From positions 10,962 through 74,961 of the IMG/VR virus record IMGVR_UViG_3300020196_000021: 64,000 nt of DNA; one strand, written 5' to 3'. Origin of the DNA: a virus. Positions 1-9,747 of the stretch are shown here, piece after piece. The first letter of the stretch is position 1, and each line of letters opens with the position of its first letter. Below the pieces are notes generated by a model, which made no database searches, had not been told where the DNA came from, and worked only from the letters and a program-made list of their open reading frames with translations. The position numbers were made by a program, and so were the translations under genes.

Positions 1-967
1 CGATGTCTTCCTTGAGTTCAACCTTTGCTTTGGGGAAATAAGTTTCCTTAATTGTTTCCAGTTTTGCTCTAAAGGACTCTTCGGATTCAAACTCAATTCC
101 TTCTGCAAGGGAAGCAAGCTTCTCTGCTTGGGTTTGAGCAAGACCCTTAGAAACATCGGCAATCAATGACTCTTTTACAAAAGTATTGATTTTGCCGTTG
201 AGTGACACATTTTTTTCAATTTGCTCATTGAGCTTATCTTCCATCTCATCTAATTTATTTGTCATCTCTTCTAATACATCATATCTATCTTCAGGGATTG
301 AAACATAATTTTCTTCAAAAAGACCTTTAACGCCTGCCATGAAGTTTTCCATAACTTCAAGTTTAATACCTTGGGTAATGGCAAGTTCGTTTTCTTTTCT
401 CCATTCTTCGGCAACGTAAGAAAGGAACTTGTCCATCTTCTCAGCAAATTCTGCTTTGATGGTTTCAAGTTCTTCACACATTTTATTCTCATACTGCTTC
501 GTCATTGCCTTCTCTTTATCTGCAACTTTTGCCTTAATAGCTGCTTCAAAGATAAGTTTGGTTTTTTCTTTAAACTCTTCAGAGAGTTCCTCACCAGCAA
601 TCAGCGCATTAACGTCTTCATCAACGCTAAACTCTTCAGTGGTTTCCTCTTCAGCAATAACCTCTTCGGTTTCAGAAATTTCTTCTTCTTCTTTGAGTTT
701 GCCTTTAGAACCTTCCGCTGGTTTTGCTTTGGCGTTGTTCTTGTCCTTCACTTGTGATGTACCAGTTACGGTAATCTTTGATGAATTGTCATCAGATTTG
801 TAATTCTGATTAGTAGGACCGCCAGTGTTTTGCTTCGCAGTATCTTGAGGAGCAGGGATAGATGCAGCCTGCATTGGGTCGGCACCCTTTGCACCATCTG
901 TCACTTGACGCTCCTGCAAGTTTTCTTCTACGAAAGTTTCAAATTTTTGGTCAACTGATGCTGACAT
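1..967 (-). CDS. gp22: Prohead core scaffolding protein gp22 (5' part; runs off the left end of the window)
   Basis: ATG at 965-967 with AAGGAG RBS. Reads MSASVDQKFETFVEENLQERQVTDGAKGADPMQ... then acidic coiled coil. Lies directly downstream of gp21, as in T4-like phages. Not in the ORF track because it is truncated. Confidence 0.88.
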   Translation of the reverse strand, partial: MSASVDQKFETFVEENLQERQVTDGAKGADPMQAASIPAPQDTAKQNTGGPTNQNYKSDDNSSKITVTGTSQVKDKNNAKAKPAEGSKGKLKEEEEISETEEVIAEEETTEEFSVDEDVNALIAGEELSEEFKEKTKLIFEAAIKAKVADKEKAMTKQYENKMCEELETIKAEFAEKMDKFLSYVAEEWRKENELAITQGIKLEVMENFMAGVKGLFEENYVSIPEDRYDVLEEMTNKLDEMEDKLNEQIEKNVSLNGKINTFVKESLIADVSKGLAQTQAEKLASLAEGIEFESEESFRAKLETIKETYFPKAKVELKEDI

Positions 968-1007
968 GTGCTATCTCCTTAAATATAAAGCTGTTATATT
1001 CTAAACT

Positions 1008-1015
1008 TATTTATA
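1008..1015 (-). promoter_or_regulatory. T4-type late promoter TATAAATA (for gp22)
   Basis: Exact TATAAATA on the minus strand in the gp21-gp22 gap. Confidence 0.85.
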
Positions 1016-1017
1016 AT

Positions 1018-1662
1018 TTATAATCCTTTCAGGAATTTTTCAAACGCGGCAACTTTACGCTCTTGAAGATTGTAAATGGTCGCAGCATCTAATTCATGTT
1101 TAATTGAATTAATATAACGCTCTTTTAAAACGCCATTGTTCCAAATCCACTCTTTACCTTCCATAATTCCTTCAACAAATGCATCAGGAGCAGAAGGGTC
1201 TGCTACAATGTCAGCAGCAGTTGCGAGCATAAAATCACTACGAACATAATTAGCACCTCTGCGCTCTTCTAAAGAACCAATTCCTCTAGATGAAACACCA
1301 AGTTTAACTCCTTCATTAATAAGATTTTTAGCAATCTTACCCATTGGAGTTTCTAAAAGTTTTGCTTTACCTATAAAGTTTTTACCTTCACTTTGTAAAG
1401 AAACAATTTTATGTGACACTCTATCAAGATTTACAATTGGTCCCTCGGGATGTCCAAGTTCTCCTAATGCACGACCTTTGATTACGTACTGTTCATTATA
1501 TCTTTGAACTTCTTTATCAAGAACATCAAATGGATAAATCCTTCCATTCCTATTTTTGATATCTGATTGTAAGAAAATACCTTGAATATAGTGGGTCTTG
1601 TTAGATCCACTTTCTTCTATAAGTACTTCAATTTCTTCAATCTGTTCCGTTATCAGTTTCAT
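1018..1662 (-). CDS. gp21: Prohead core protein protease gp21
   Basis: Motifs MKLITEQIE, IQGIFLQ, NRNGRIY, ALGELGHP, GVSSRGIGS, DIVADPSAPDAFV. True start is probably the ATG at 1662 rather than the 1734 of the ORF track. Confidence 0.96.
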   Translation of the reverse strand: MKLITEQIEEIEVLIEESGSNKTHYIQGIFLQSDIKNRNGRIYPFDVLDKEVQRYNEQYVIKGRALGELGHPEGPIVNLDRVSHKIVSLQSEGKNFIGKAKLLETPMGKIAKNLINEGVKLGVSSRGIGSLEERRGANYVRSDFMLATAADIVADPSAPDAFVEGIMEGKEWIWNNGVLKERYINSIKHELDAATIYNLQERKVAAFEKFLKGL

Positions 1663-1834
1663 CTGTCGTTTCTTCTGGTGTGCTCTCAAGTCCTTGGAAT
1701 AAAGATGCACCGACTCTTTGACGCTCTTGAGCAAGAACCTCTGCAGCTTTATTCATAATAATTTCTTTCACAGCATCGGATGCATCACTAAGATGATCCT
1801 TCATAATTTTATCTACAATTTCGATGGTATCCAT
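1637..1834 (-). CDS. Small acidic prohead core protein (gp67/gp68-position protein)
   Basis: 65 aa helical, acidic C-terminus; sits between portal and protease; GAGG RBS and AATAAATA upstream. Confidence 0.65.
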   Translation of the reverse strand: MDTIEIVDKIMKDHLSDASDAVKEIIMNKAAEVLAQERQRVGASLFQGLESTPEETTDETDNGTD

Positions 1835-1849
1835 AATTACCTCAATAGT

Positions 1850-1857
1850 TATTTATT
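1850..1857 (-). promoter_or_regulatory. Late promoter variant AATAAATA
   Basis: TAAATA core in the gap after gp20. Confidence 0.55.
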
Positions 1858-1861
1858 ATTT

Positions 1862-3463
1862 TTATTTTCCTGCTGCTTTTGGTGGAGCGGGAGGATTTTT
1901 AAGTTGATCAAGTGAAACCTTTTTGGTTTCCATGTCAAGTTCAGCATTTTGCTTTTCTTGAGCAATTTGATTGAGCGGATCAATTACTTGACCCGTCTTA
2001 ATTTCACTATTTATCTGTTCTTTCATCTCTTCAATTTCTTGCTCTGTAAATTTGAGCAATTGGCGCATAACATAATCTTGAGAGAAATACTTTCCAACAT
2101 ACAGATCTAATTTATCAAGTACATCCATTTTGGATTGAAGCATATCAAGTTCTGCCATTTCAGAGAATTGATTATCGTATATAAAATCATATTGTATATG
2201 CTCCTTCATCTCTTCCCAATCTTCAGGAGCAATGACTCCCTTAAGAATAAGTTGAGTTCTTAAAATATCATGAAAAAGATCTGAAAACTTTTTACGGAGA
2301 CGACCTACAAATTTAGTAAATTTAATTTCGTCTCTATTAATTTCTTCTGACTTTCCAAGATCAAAAGATTTATCACTCTCTAAACGTGATGGGGGTACAT
2401 TAAGTGCTTTGTAAAGTTGTGTTTGAAAATATTTAATATCAGTAAGTTCACCTAAATTCTGCCCTCCAGGCAGAGTGGTAATTTCTGTACCTCTTCCTCC
2501 TTCACGACGAGGTAACCAAAAATCTTCAAGCATACTCATATGCTTTTTATCATCACGGATTTCACCAGTTTGTGAATCATAAACAAGTTTATTTCTATAG
2601 CGTGACATTACCTCTCTAAGATATTGTTCCGCTTTTACTTTCGGTAAATTGCCTACATCAATGTAAAAGATTCTGCGCTCTGGAGCACGAGACAAACGAT
2701 AGATAACGATACTATCTTCAAGCATTCTTAATTGATTAAGGAACTTGATTGCTTTATGAAGATAACTTAAATTAATATTTCTACCTTGATCCATTAAACC
2801 AGAGGTTATTGATGCAATAGCATCTGGTGCAATTTTTATGCCTTGATTAGTATTATTGATTCCTTTGTTATTGTAAACAAAAAACTCAGTAACTTTACCA
2901 AAATCATGTCTCATGAATTGGTCAGAATCTACTGGAGGTTTTACTACTTGTCTTACCTTTTTAATTTTTAAAGGGTCAATATATCTTAATTCTAATATTC
3001 CTTTTGATGGATCTTCAAGATCAATTACTTTATGATAATATATTCTTCCATCAATATACCAACGCCTAAAAATTTCGTGACCAGTTTTGTCAAAATCAAG
3101 TAATCTTTTGACGTGATTAAATTCTTCTCTAATTGAATTTTTAATTGATTCTGATACTTGTAAATTTGATAGTTCTACTTCTACTGGACTATCATCTCTA
3201 TCTGAAACAATTGCTTCGTTGCTAATATCTTCGATAGCACTATCAACTTCTGGATGAAGTGCCATTTCTCTATATCTACGAATAAGAGCAACTTCGTCTC
3301 TTTTTTTCGTATCATCAAGATCTACATAATGACCAAACCATCCCCCATACGGAAGGATGGTAGAAGAAGTGTCATTATCAGAAGGAGGAACAGGGGACGC
3401 TGGTGCTTTTGCCCCCTGAATTAATTCATCCTTCTTTATTTGAAAACCAAATAACTCCGCCAT
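1862..3463 (-). CDS. gp20: Portal vertex protein gp20
   Basis: Motifs YRLSRAPERRIFYIDVGNLPKVKAEQYLR and EDFWLPRREGGRGTEITTLPGGQNLG. Confidence 0.98.
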   Translation of the reverse strand: MAELFGFQIKKDELIQGAKAPASPVPPSDNDTSSTILPYGGWFGHYVDLDDTKKRDEVALIRRYREMALHPEVDSAIEDISNEAIVSDRDDSPVEVELSNLQVSESIKNSIREEFNHVKRLLDFDKTGHEIFRRWYIDGRIYYHKVIDLEDPSKGILELRYIDPLKIKKVRQVVKPPVDSDQFMRHDFGKVTEFFVYNNKGINNTNQGIKIAPDAIASITSGLMDQGRNINLSYLHKAIKFLNQLRMLEDSIVIYRLSRAPERRIFYIDVGNLPKVKAEQYLREVMSRYRNKLVYDSQTGEIRDDKKHMSMLEDFWLPRREGGRGTEITTLPGGQNLGELTDIKYFQTQLYKALNVPPSRLESDKSFDLGKSEEINRDEIKFTKFVGRLRKKFSDLFHDILRTQLILKGVIAPEDWEEMKEHIQYDFIYDNQFSEMAELDMLQSKMDVLDKLDLYVGKYFSQDYVMRQLLKFTEQEIEEMKEQINSEIKTGQVIDPLNQIAQEKQNAELDMETKKVSLDQLKNPPAPPKAAGK

Positions 3464-3484
3464 TCCAAATTTGTAACCTACTAA

Positions 3485-4120
3485 TTATTTAGCAACGTTT
3501 TGACCAGTGAGTAATCCCTTACTACCATCTCTTGCTTTTTGACTAGTTCCTGCACCAAAGCTATCAAAGTATTGATATTGGAATTCTACATCAAACTCTT
3601 CAATTGCATCATTACTATCATATGCAACTGTAATTGGTCCAACACTAGTTGGCCAAGAACCAATTAATTTATAAGTTTTGATGGTTCCTTTATCTTCACC
3701 TTGCTGTGTAGAATCTTTAGTATTCTGTGAAATTAAAATATCTTGGAAATATGCTCCACCAGGAGTTCCACCAATAGAACCATAGTTATAGGTTCCTATG
3801 TTTTCATCAACTTTGTTTCCAAGGTTGATCCATGCTTCAAACGCAGTTCTCAAATTGAAGGTTGTAGTATTGTAAAAAGTTGCAGTCCATGATTCAAAGG
3901 TTCTATCGCCAGGAATTTTCAAAAAGCGACCACGAAATGGTACTTCAATTAATCCCTGAGTTGAACCTGGAAGTGCCGCAGATCTACAGAGAAATTTAGT
4001 TTCTCCCATCAATTCCGTTGTGTTGTTACTAATAAGAGTTGGAAATGAAATCTCAACAGTATATAAATTGGGTCTTACCCCCCCAGCTAATTTTGATTTA
4101 AAATCGTTAATGTTTGCCAT
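3485..4120 (-). CDS. gp19: Tail tube protein gp19
   Basis: Motifs GGVRPNLY, LPGS, VPFRGR, GDRTFESW, WPTSVG, IEEFDVEF; synteny. Confidence 0.95.
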   Translation of the reverse strand: MANINDFKSKLAGGVRPNLYTVEISFPTLISNNTTELMGETKFLCRSAALPGSTQGLIEVPFRGRFLKIPGDRTFESWTATFYNTTTFNLRTAFEAWINLGNKVDENIGTYNYGSIGGTPGGAYFQDILISQNTKDSTQQGEDKGTIKTYKLIGSWPTSVGPITVAYDSNDAIEEFDVEFQYQYFDSFGAGTSQKARDGSKGLLTGQNVAK

Positions 4121-4141
4121 TTGTTTTAGTTCTCCTTAAAT

Positions 4142-6856
4142 TTATTTAGCGATTGCTTCAGAGAATGAAATGCCAGTTCTTGTAGCAGTGAAGGTAAGAG
4201 TAATAAAGTTAATAGAACGAGCAGGTTGTATAAAGATGTCAGCAACAAACTCATTTCTGTCAATTACGGCAGAAGTATTGTTTGATCCATCGCAAACTAA
4301 GAGATAATCATAAAGACCTCTTCTTGCTTGAACATCTCTTAAGAATGGTTCAACAATTGCCTTAAATGAATTTCTTGTTGTTTCGTCGTTAATTTCAAAG
4401 AGTTGTGCTTTAGCAGCATTCTCAATTGCTCTTTCAAGAATAAGGAATAGGCGACGAACATTAATTCTATCAAAGGCACTTGGAGTTGCGAGAGCAGTTT
4501 TATCTCCAAAGAGAACTGGTCCTTGACCTGGGAATGAAGCGATAGGATTAATTCGATTTGAATAAAGTTCATCTCTATCAACTTTATTTGGATTCCAAGC
4601 TAATTTTGCTGCTCCTTTGATTCCACCTCTGGTAAATCCAGCAGGAGAAAACCAAGGTTCTGCACTAATTGCACTATCTGCTACCAGTCCAGCAACATCA
4701 CTATTGCATGGAATATAGCGATAGACATCATTCCATCTATCATAAACATACTTGTAATTACAATCTAAAATAAGATATGAAGTACTAACAACATCTTTAA
4801 AGAATAATTTTAAGTTCTGTACAATATCTTGATTTCTCAGTGGTAAACCAGAAGATGCAATAATGTTTCCTTTATGTGGAGAAGCAAATGCAATACAATC
4901 TTTTCTATATGATGCAATACCAGCAATATGATTAATCTTTTGACGTGTCAAATCTGCAGTACTGCACCCAGGACCAACAATAAGATAATCAAGATCAACA
5001 TTATCCAAATCTCTAAATTCATCATAAGCAGAGATAATATCAGTAATAGATACTTCCCAATCGGTAGCACCATTTGCTAATGAATATGAAATAGATCCTT
5101 TTGGAGTAAATGTTGCGGTCCTAGAAGCATTTTCAAATAAGGTATCTCCAACGTAAATATACTCACTGGAATCTGAAACTATCTTTTTGTAATAATTGAT
5201 TCCACCTTCTGGTCCTTTAGCATTGTTTGCTTTAGATGCATAAGTATAAACTTCAAGAACAGTATCTTTTGATCCACTTATTCCACCATCTTCATCTACT
5301 ACAGCAACGTGTATCGCATCTAACCCCAAAGAACTACCATAGAATGCAGCAGCATCTTCAGTCGCTACTGGTCTTGCAGCAAGAGAATTCCATTTAATGG
5401 TAGAACCAGTATATAAAGTTTTTGCTTCATACCAAGCAGAACCATCATCTACTGATGCAATGGTAAGATTGGATTGAGTACCAATGTTAACAACGTCAGT
5501 TGTAGCAAATAATTGGTTTGATTCTGGATTTGGTACATACTCATTGTTAGTATTTACAATAATAATGTGAACCGAAGTATAATTTGTCTCGCTTACTTTT
5601 ACTGTGGAAACATCAATAACTTTTCCTTTTTTAGTACCACTGGTTACGATATCTCCAACTAAAATGTTTGCATTTTCAGTTGACAATGTTAAACTTTGTT
5701 TTGGACCATTATCTATAACACAAACTCTTAAGTTATTGCCCCAAGCACCCTTTGTTCTACCTGCAAACAACCATCCAGAACTGTTGCCTAAGAACTGCGC
5801 TTCATAAACATCTGAGTTGTTGATTTTTACGGCTTCTGCTGCAATAGCAGCAGTTGCAGTGGCGGTTACACCTGGATCTGGGAAAGTAACTGTTAAGTTA
5901 GTAAAGTCACTAAAATTACCAAAGTTGGTAACCGTAACGTTAGTTACTGATCCATTACTAACTGTTGCAGTTCCTTGAAACGGAGTGGTTACTGTTCCAC
6001 TACTACTAACTGTTATTGGATAACTTTGATTTACATCATAGTTTGTACCACCACTGGTTACGGTAACTACAACGCCATTTGGTTGTGCAACTACAAGAGT
6101 TGGAGCGGTTGTATATCCAGTACCACCACTTAATACGATTGATTGTATTTGACCATTTGCTACGGTTGCAGTAGCAGTTCCTCCAGTACCACCACCACCA
6201 CTTACAGTGATCTGTGGTGCTGTCTGATAACCAGATCCTGCATTAGTGATATTAGCATTTCCAGTCAAATTGCCTCCAGAGAGGTTTCCCCCACCTGCCT
6301 CAGCTGTAGCTCTAGTTCCTCTTGCAACAGTTCCCAATGCTGTAACACCAACTGGAGAGATAGTAACTGATGGAGCAGAAGTGTATCCAGATCCAAGTTG
6401 TTCTACGACGATAGAAGATACTCTTCCTTGTGCGTTAATTATTGCTCTTGCAGTTGCTTGAGTAGCACCTGGAGTAGTTGGAGCACCAACAGTTACAGTT
6501 GGAGCACTGACATACTTTCCATTTGTTGAAGCATTGTTAACTGTAATTGCAGAAACGTAGTTACCTAATCTAGCAACTGAGTTAAATTGATTTGGGGTAT
6601 CAATTCTTACGACTGAAAGTGTACCACCATACGAAAGAAAATTAGTAGCACTTAACCAATATTCTGCGTTTTCTTCTCTTGGTTCACCAAAGACATTAAT
6701 AAGCTCACTTTCTGTTGAAATTAAAACTGGGTTTCCAATTTCTCCTTTCTTAAAAGTTGCGGCAAAACCTGCAATATTATTAAGAGTAGCGTCAGCTCTA
6801 CCGTTTGTAAGATCCTTTTCTTTAACAAGAATCCCTGGGGAGCGTAAAGTTGCCAT
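4142..6856 (-). CDS. gp18: Tail sheath protein gp18 (enlarged, 904 aa)
   Basis: N-terminal LRSPGILVKEKDLT; C-terminal PWFSPAG, LFGDKT, FDRINVRRLF, FEIND, IQPARSINFITLTF. Confidence 0.97.
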   Translation of the reverse strand: MATLRSPGILVKEKDLTNGRADATLNNIAGFAATFKKGEIGNPVLISTESELINVFGEPREENAEYWLSATNFLSYGGTLSVVRIDTPNQFNSVARLGNYVSAITVNNASTNGKYVSAPTVTVGAPTTPGATQATARAIINAQGRVSSIVVEQLGSGYTSAPSVTISPVGVTALGTVARGTRATAEAGGGNLSGGNLTGNANITNAGSGYQTAPQITVSGGGGTGGTATATVANGQIQSIVLSGGTGYTTAPTLVVAQPNGVVVTVTSGGTNYDVNQSYPITVSSSGTVTTPFQGTATVSNGSVTNVTVTNFGNFSDFTNLTVTFPDPGVTATATAAIAAEAVKINNSDVYEAQFLGNSSGWLFAGRTKGAWGNNLRVCVIDNGPKQSLTLSTENANILVGDIVTSGTKKGKVIDVSTVKVSETNYTSVHIIIVNTNNEYVPNPESNQLFATTDVVNIGTQSNLTIASVDDGSAWYEAKTLYTGSTIKWNSLAARPVATEDAAAFYGSSLGLDAIHVAVVDEDGGISGSKDTVLEVYTYASKANNAKGPEGGINYYKKIVSDSSEYIYVGDTLFENASRTATFTPKGSISYSLANGATDWEVSITDIISAYDEFRDLDNVDLDYLIVGPGCSTADLTRQKINHIAGIASYRKDCIAFASPHKGNIIASSGLPLRNQDIVQNLKLFFKDVVSTSYLILDCNYKYVYDRWNDVYRYIPCNSDVAGLVADSAISAEPWFSPAGFTRGGIKGAAKLAWNPNKVDRDELYSNRINPIASFPGQGPVLFGDKTALATPSAFDRINVRRLFLILERAIENAAKAQLFEINDETTRNSFKAIVEPFLRDVQARRGLYDYLLVCDGSNNTSAVIDRNEFVADIFIQPARSINFITLTFTATRTGISFSEAIAK

Positions 6857-6896
6857 CTGTATCTCCTAGCTATAAGTAAGTCATATTTTCTAAATC

Positions 6897-6904
6897 TATT
6901 TATA
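6897..6904 (-). promoter_or_regulatory. T4-type late promoter TATAAATA (for gp18)
   Basis: Exact consensus in the gp17-gp18 gap, followed by AGGAG RBS. Confidence 0.85.
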
Positions 6905-6916
6905 AATTATTCTTCT

Positions 6917-8599
6917 CTAGCGATACTCCCACATGTAATTTACATCTCCATATTCACTAGTTTCTTTCCATCCTTTTTCATCAGCAACAATCCAAATATT
7001 TCCCTGACTATCTATTTCATCATAAGATCCAAGACCATCATCAATGAAACCAAATGGTGCCATATCTTGATCAATTTGATTCTTTTGTTCTTCATAAATT
7101 CTTTTACGAACATCATTATCAGTCATCTCTTTGAAGTATTCTTGCGCTACCAACCACGCAAAAATAACCAAACACATTGCTAAGTCATCGTTACAACCTT
7201 CTTCTGCCTCAAAAGATTGTTTCTTTTGAATAAACGTTGTAAGTTCAGAAATAATTTCATAATCATTTACCAATAATTTATCACCTTCAACTAATTGTTT
7301 TAGGTTAGAACATCCAATCTTTTTAACAGTAGTGCTCATTTTTACACCAAGCTGTGTCTTAGCACCTGAAAATCCTTGACCAACCAATTGACCAGCACGA
7401 CCTCTCATGGAACACATCAAAAGATTATCGTATTCCAAATCATATTGTAAAATTGAAGCTACCTGATCGCCAATATCGTTGACTTCGCACAACACAAAGG
7501 CATGATTATAATTGATTGCAACTTGATGAATGATGCTAGGAAATAGCATTGGTTTGATTGAATTGTTTCTATACTTACCAACTACTCTATATGGAACGGT
7601 AGTTATATCATATAAGATAAATGCTGAATAATCATTGTTGACTCCACGAGACACGTCAACTGTCATTAAGTACTCATGATCTTCTTTTGATTCTTCATAT
7701 ATTGATAATCCCCCACTTTGATGCATTGGTTCATCATATGTCATTGTCCTCAACTTTGAGGCAGCAATAAGAGTATCAACTGATCCTAAAAATTCACATT
7801 CAAATTCTTGAGTAAACTGTCGTGCAGAAGTATTTGCAATTGTCTGTTCTTTCCATTTATCATCTCTTCCTGGTACTTCTCTCCAATGTACTTCAGTTGT
7901 AACATATTCATTCCTATTCAACTCTGCATCATGCCAGAGTTTATAGAACATGTTCATTCCATTTGGAGTTGAAATGATAATAACTTTTGTTGATTTACCA
8001 GATGAAATAGTAGGATATACAGACGAGAAAAACTGTTCAGCAATATGTGTTGGAATAAACGCAAATTCGTCTAGGAAAATTATATTAAATGACATTCCTC
8101 GCACAGCAGATGCTGATGTAGAGGCAGCAAGAATCTTAGAACCATTCTCAAGTTCCATAGATCCTTTGTTATAAACAATAATACCTTGCTGCATCCATAC
8201 AGGTAAGTTTTCATATGCCAACTGCAATCTCTGCAAAAGTTCTCTAGCAGTAGATAATTTGTTAGCAAGAATACCAATGTTTACATTATCATTGAAGATT
8301 GCATAATGAAGAAGATAAGCTACTACAGTAGTAGATTTACCTGTCTGTCTAGGTAACTTTGCAATATTGAATCTATTTTCATGAAATGTACGAATCATTT
8401 TTTCTTGAAAGTCGTACAAATTAAAAGGCACTAAACCTTCATCAAGAGAAACAATTTTAATATAATTTCTTGCAAAATATACTGGATCTTGTTTACATTT
8501 CAAATACTCTTCAATTTGATCTTGAGTGAAGTTGATTGCAACGTTCGCTTTTTTTAAATTTGGATTACCAAGATAAATCTCATTATGACTAAGAGACAT
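6917..8599 (-). CDS. gp17: Terminase large subunit gp17
   Basis: YLGNPNLK; Walker A PRQTGKST; Walker B IIFLDEFAF; ISTPNG; nuclease DVSRG and DDLAM. Uninterrupted. Confidence 0.98.
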   Translation of the reverse strand: MSLSHNEIYLGNPNLKKANVAINFTQDQIEEYLKCKQDPVYFARNYIKIVSLDEGLVPFNLYDFQEKMIRTFHENRFNIAKLPRQTGKSTTVVAYLLHYAIFNDNVNIGILANKLSTARELLQRLQLAYENLPVWMQQGIIVYNKGSMELENGSKILAASTSASAVRGMSFNIIFLDEFAFIPTHIAEQFFSSVYPTISSGKSTKVIIISTPNGMNMFYKLWHDAELNRNEYVTTEVHWREVPGRDDKWKEQTIANTSARQFTQEFECEFLGSVDTLIAASKLRTMTYDEPMHQSGGLSIYEESKEDHEYLMTVDVSRGVNNDYSAFILYDITTVPYRVVGKYRNNSIKPMLFPSIIHQVAINYNHAFVLCEVNDIGDQVASILQYDLEYDNLLMCSMRGRAGQLVGQGFSGAKTQLGVKMSTTVKKIGCSNLKQLVEGDKLLVNDYEIISELTTFIQKKQSFEAEEGCNDDLAMCLVIFAWLVAQEYFKEMTDNDVRKRIYEEQKNQIDQDMAPFGFIDDGLGSYDEIDSQGNIWIVADEKGWKETSEYGDVNYMWEYR

Positions 8600-8752
8600 T
8601 CAACGCTCCCATTTTTCAGCAGGACACGCAAGTGGCATCAAAACTTTTAATGGCATAAAACATCCACACAATTTGCATTGTTGTGTGGATGATCTAAAAT
8701 GCTCACATTCGCGGCACAATTCTAATTTCTGTTCAGGTGTCAATGGTTCCAT
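8600..8752 (-). CDS. 50-aa Cys-rich putative zinc-binding protein (DUF6171-like pattern)
   Basis: Manually translated: MEPLTPEQKLELCRECEHFRSSTQQCKLCGCFMPLKVLMPLACPAEKWER. Its stop abuts the gp17 ATG. Below the ORF-track length cutoff. Confidence 0.8.
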   Translation of the reverse strand: MEPLTPEQKLELCRECEHFRSSTQQCKLCGCFMPLKVLMPLACPAEKWER

Positions 8753-8755
8753 TAA

Positions 8756-9037
8756 TTAGCAATTCCAAGCTCTCAATGATTTATTTATTCTTGAATCTGG
8801 GTCTCGTGCAGTTTTCTTAGAAGTTAATTTCTTCTTCATGCCCTTCATTCTTGCACAAAATGACGACCTACGGGGATTTCCAACCTTTTTTGAAGGTGCC
8901 TTAAGGTCGCTTCCAGGATTCTCACGTTCGTAAGATTTTCTTCCCTTCTCATTGAGTCCACCTTTTTTATTTTGACCCTCCTTACGAGTCCATGCTGATT
9001 CTTCTAATTGCTCAGAAAACTCTTTAAATGTTTTCAT
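8756..9037 (-). CDS. Basic conserved cyanophage protein (DUF6321-like) with an MKTFKEF N-terminus
   Basis: Motifs GGLNEKGRKSY, SFCARMKG, DPDSRINKSLRAWNC. Confidence 0.75.
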   Translation of the reverse strand: MKTFKEFSEQLEESAWTRKEGQNKKGGLNEKGRKSYERENPGSDLKAPSKKVGNPRRSSFCARMKGMKKKLTSKKTARDPDSRINKSLRAWNC

Positions 9038-9058
9038 GTTAGGTTTTAGATTAAGTTA

Positions 9059-9304
9059 TTAGTTTGAATACGCAACTTTAACTGCTTTAAATCCTGCACC
9101 ACCTTCAAGTGTATCCGTTGGATCCTTCTCAACAAAAGCAATTTCATTTGCTGCCATTGTAAAACTACCAACTGTAACACCATCAATATCTTTACGAGTT
9201 ACTAATGCTGCAGTGCTAGTATTGATAACTCTAACAACAGTTGCTAAACTAACGTTAGTTGCTGATGTTAAAGTGGTTTCTGTAGCTAATACTTTAAGTG
9301 CCAT
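9059..9304 (-). CDS. Hypothetical small beta-rich virion-region protein
   Basis: 81-aa ORF tightly packed in the operon. Confidence 0.7.
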   Translation of the reverse strand: MALKVLATETTLTSATNVSLATVVRVINTSTAALVTRKDIDGVTVGSFTMAANEIAFVEKDPTDTLEGGAGFKAVKVAYSN

Positions 9305-9322
9305 AGTACTTCTTTTTATTGA

Positions 9323-9745
9323 TTATTTATTATCTATCAAACCTTGCTTAATTAATTTTGAGAGTTCTGCTGTTGAACCAACAAATAATGCATTGTTATT
9401 AGTTACATTTTGTTTTGATTTTGGTCCCTCTTCAAGATCTTGCATTTTCTTTTGAAGGTCAATTAATTTATCTGTAGCGTCTGAGACGCTTTTAATTAAT
9501 TGACCAGCAACCTCATATGCTCTGGGGTGATCAGAGGCACCAGCAACTTCTAAGATGCCATCCAAAGCCTCTTGACCTTTATCTATAATATTATATAATT
9601 GCGCTCTAGAATATTCATAATCTTTTTTAATATCTTTTTCAATATCAATATCAATATTTTTTTGTTTTTTCTTTTCGGGTGTTACTGAAATTAATTCAGT
9701 AGCAACATCTAGAGCTTGCTCAATACCATCAAATTGTTCTTTCAT
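9323..9745 (-). CDS. gp16: Terminase small subunit gp16
   Basis: Motifs DYEYSRAQLY, HPRAYEVAGQLIK, NNALFVGSTAEL. Confidence 0.93.
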   Translation of the reverse strand: MKEQFDGIEQALDVATELISVTPEKKKQKNIDIDIEKDIKKDYEYSRAQLYNIIDKGQEALDGILEVAGASDHPRAYEVAGQLIKSVSDATDKLIDLQKKMQDLEEGPKSKQNVTNNNALFVGSTAELSKLIKQGLIDNK

Positions 9746-9747
9746 GT

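Noticed and set aside
1663-1734. N-terminal extension of gp21 given by the ORF track
   Set aside because: The family start is MKLITE at 1662, and the extension overlaps the upstream 65-aa gene.
1862-8599. Inteins, introns or homing endonucleases in portal or terminase
   Set aside because: Both ORFs are continuous and of normal length, with no intein or HNH/GIY-YIG motifs.
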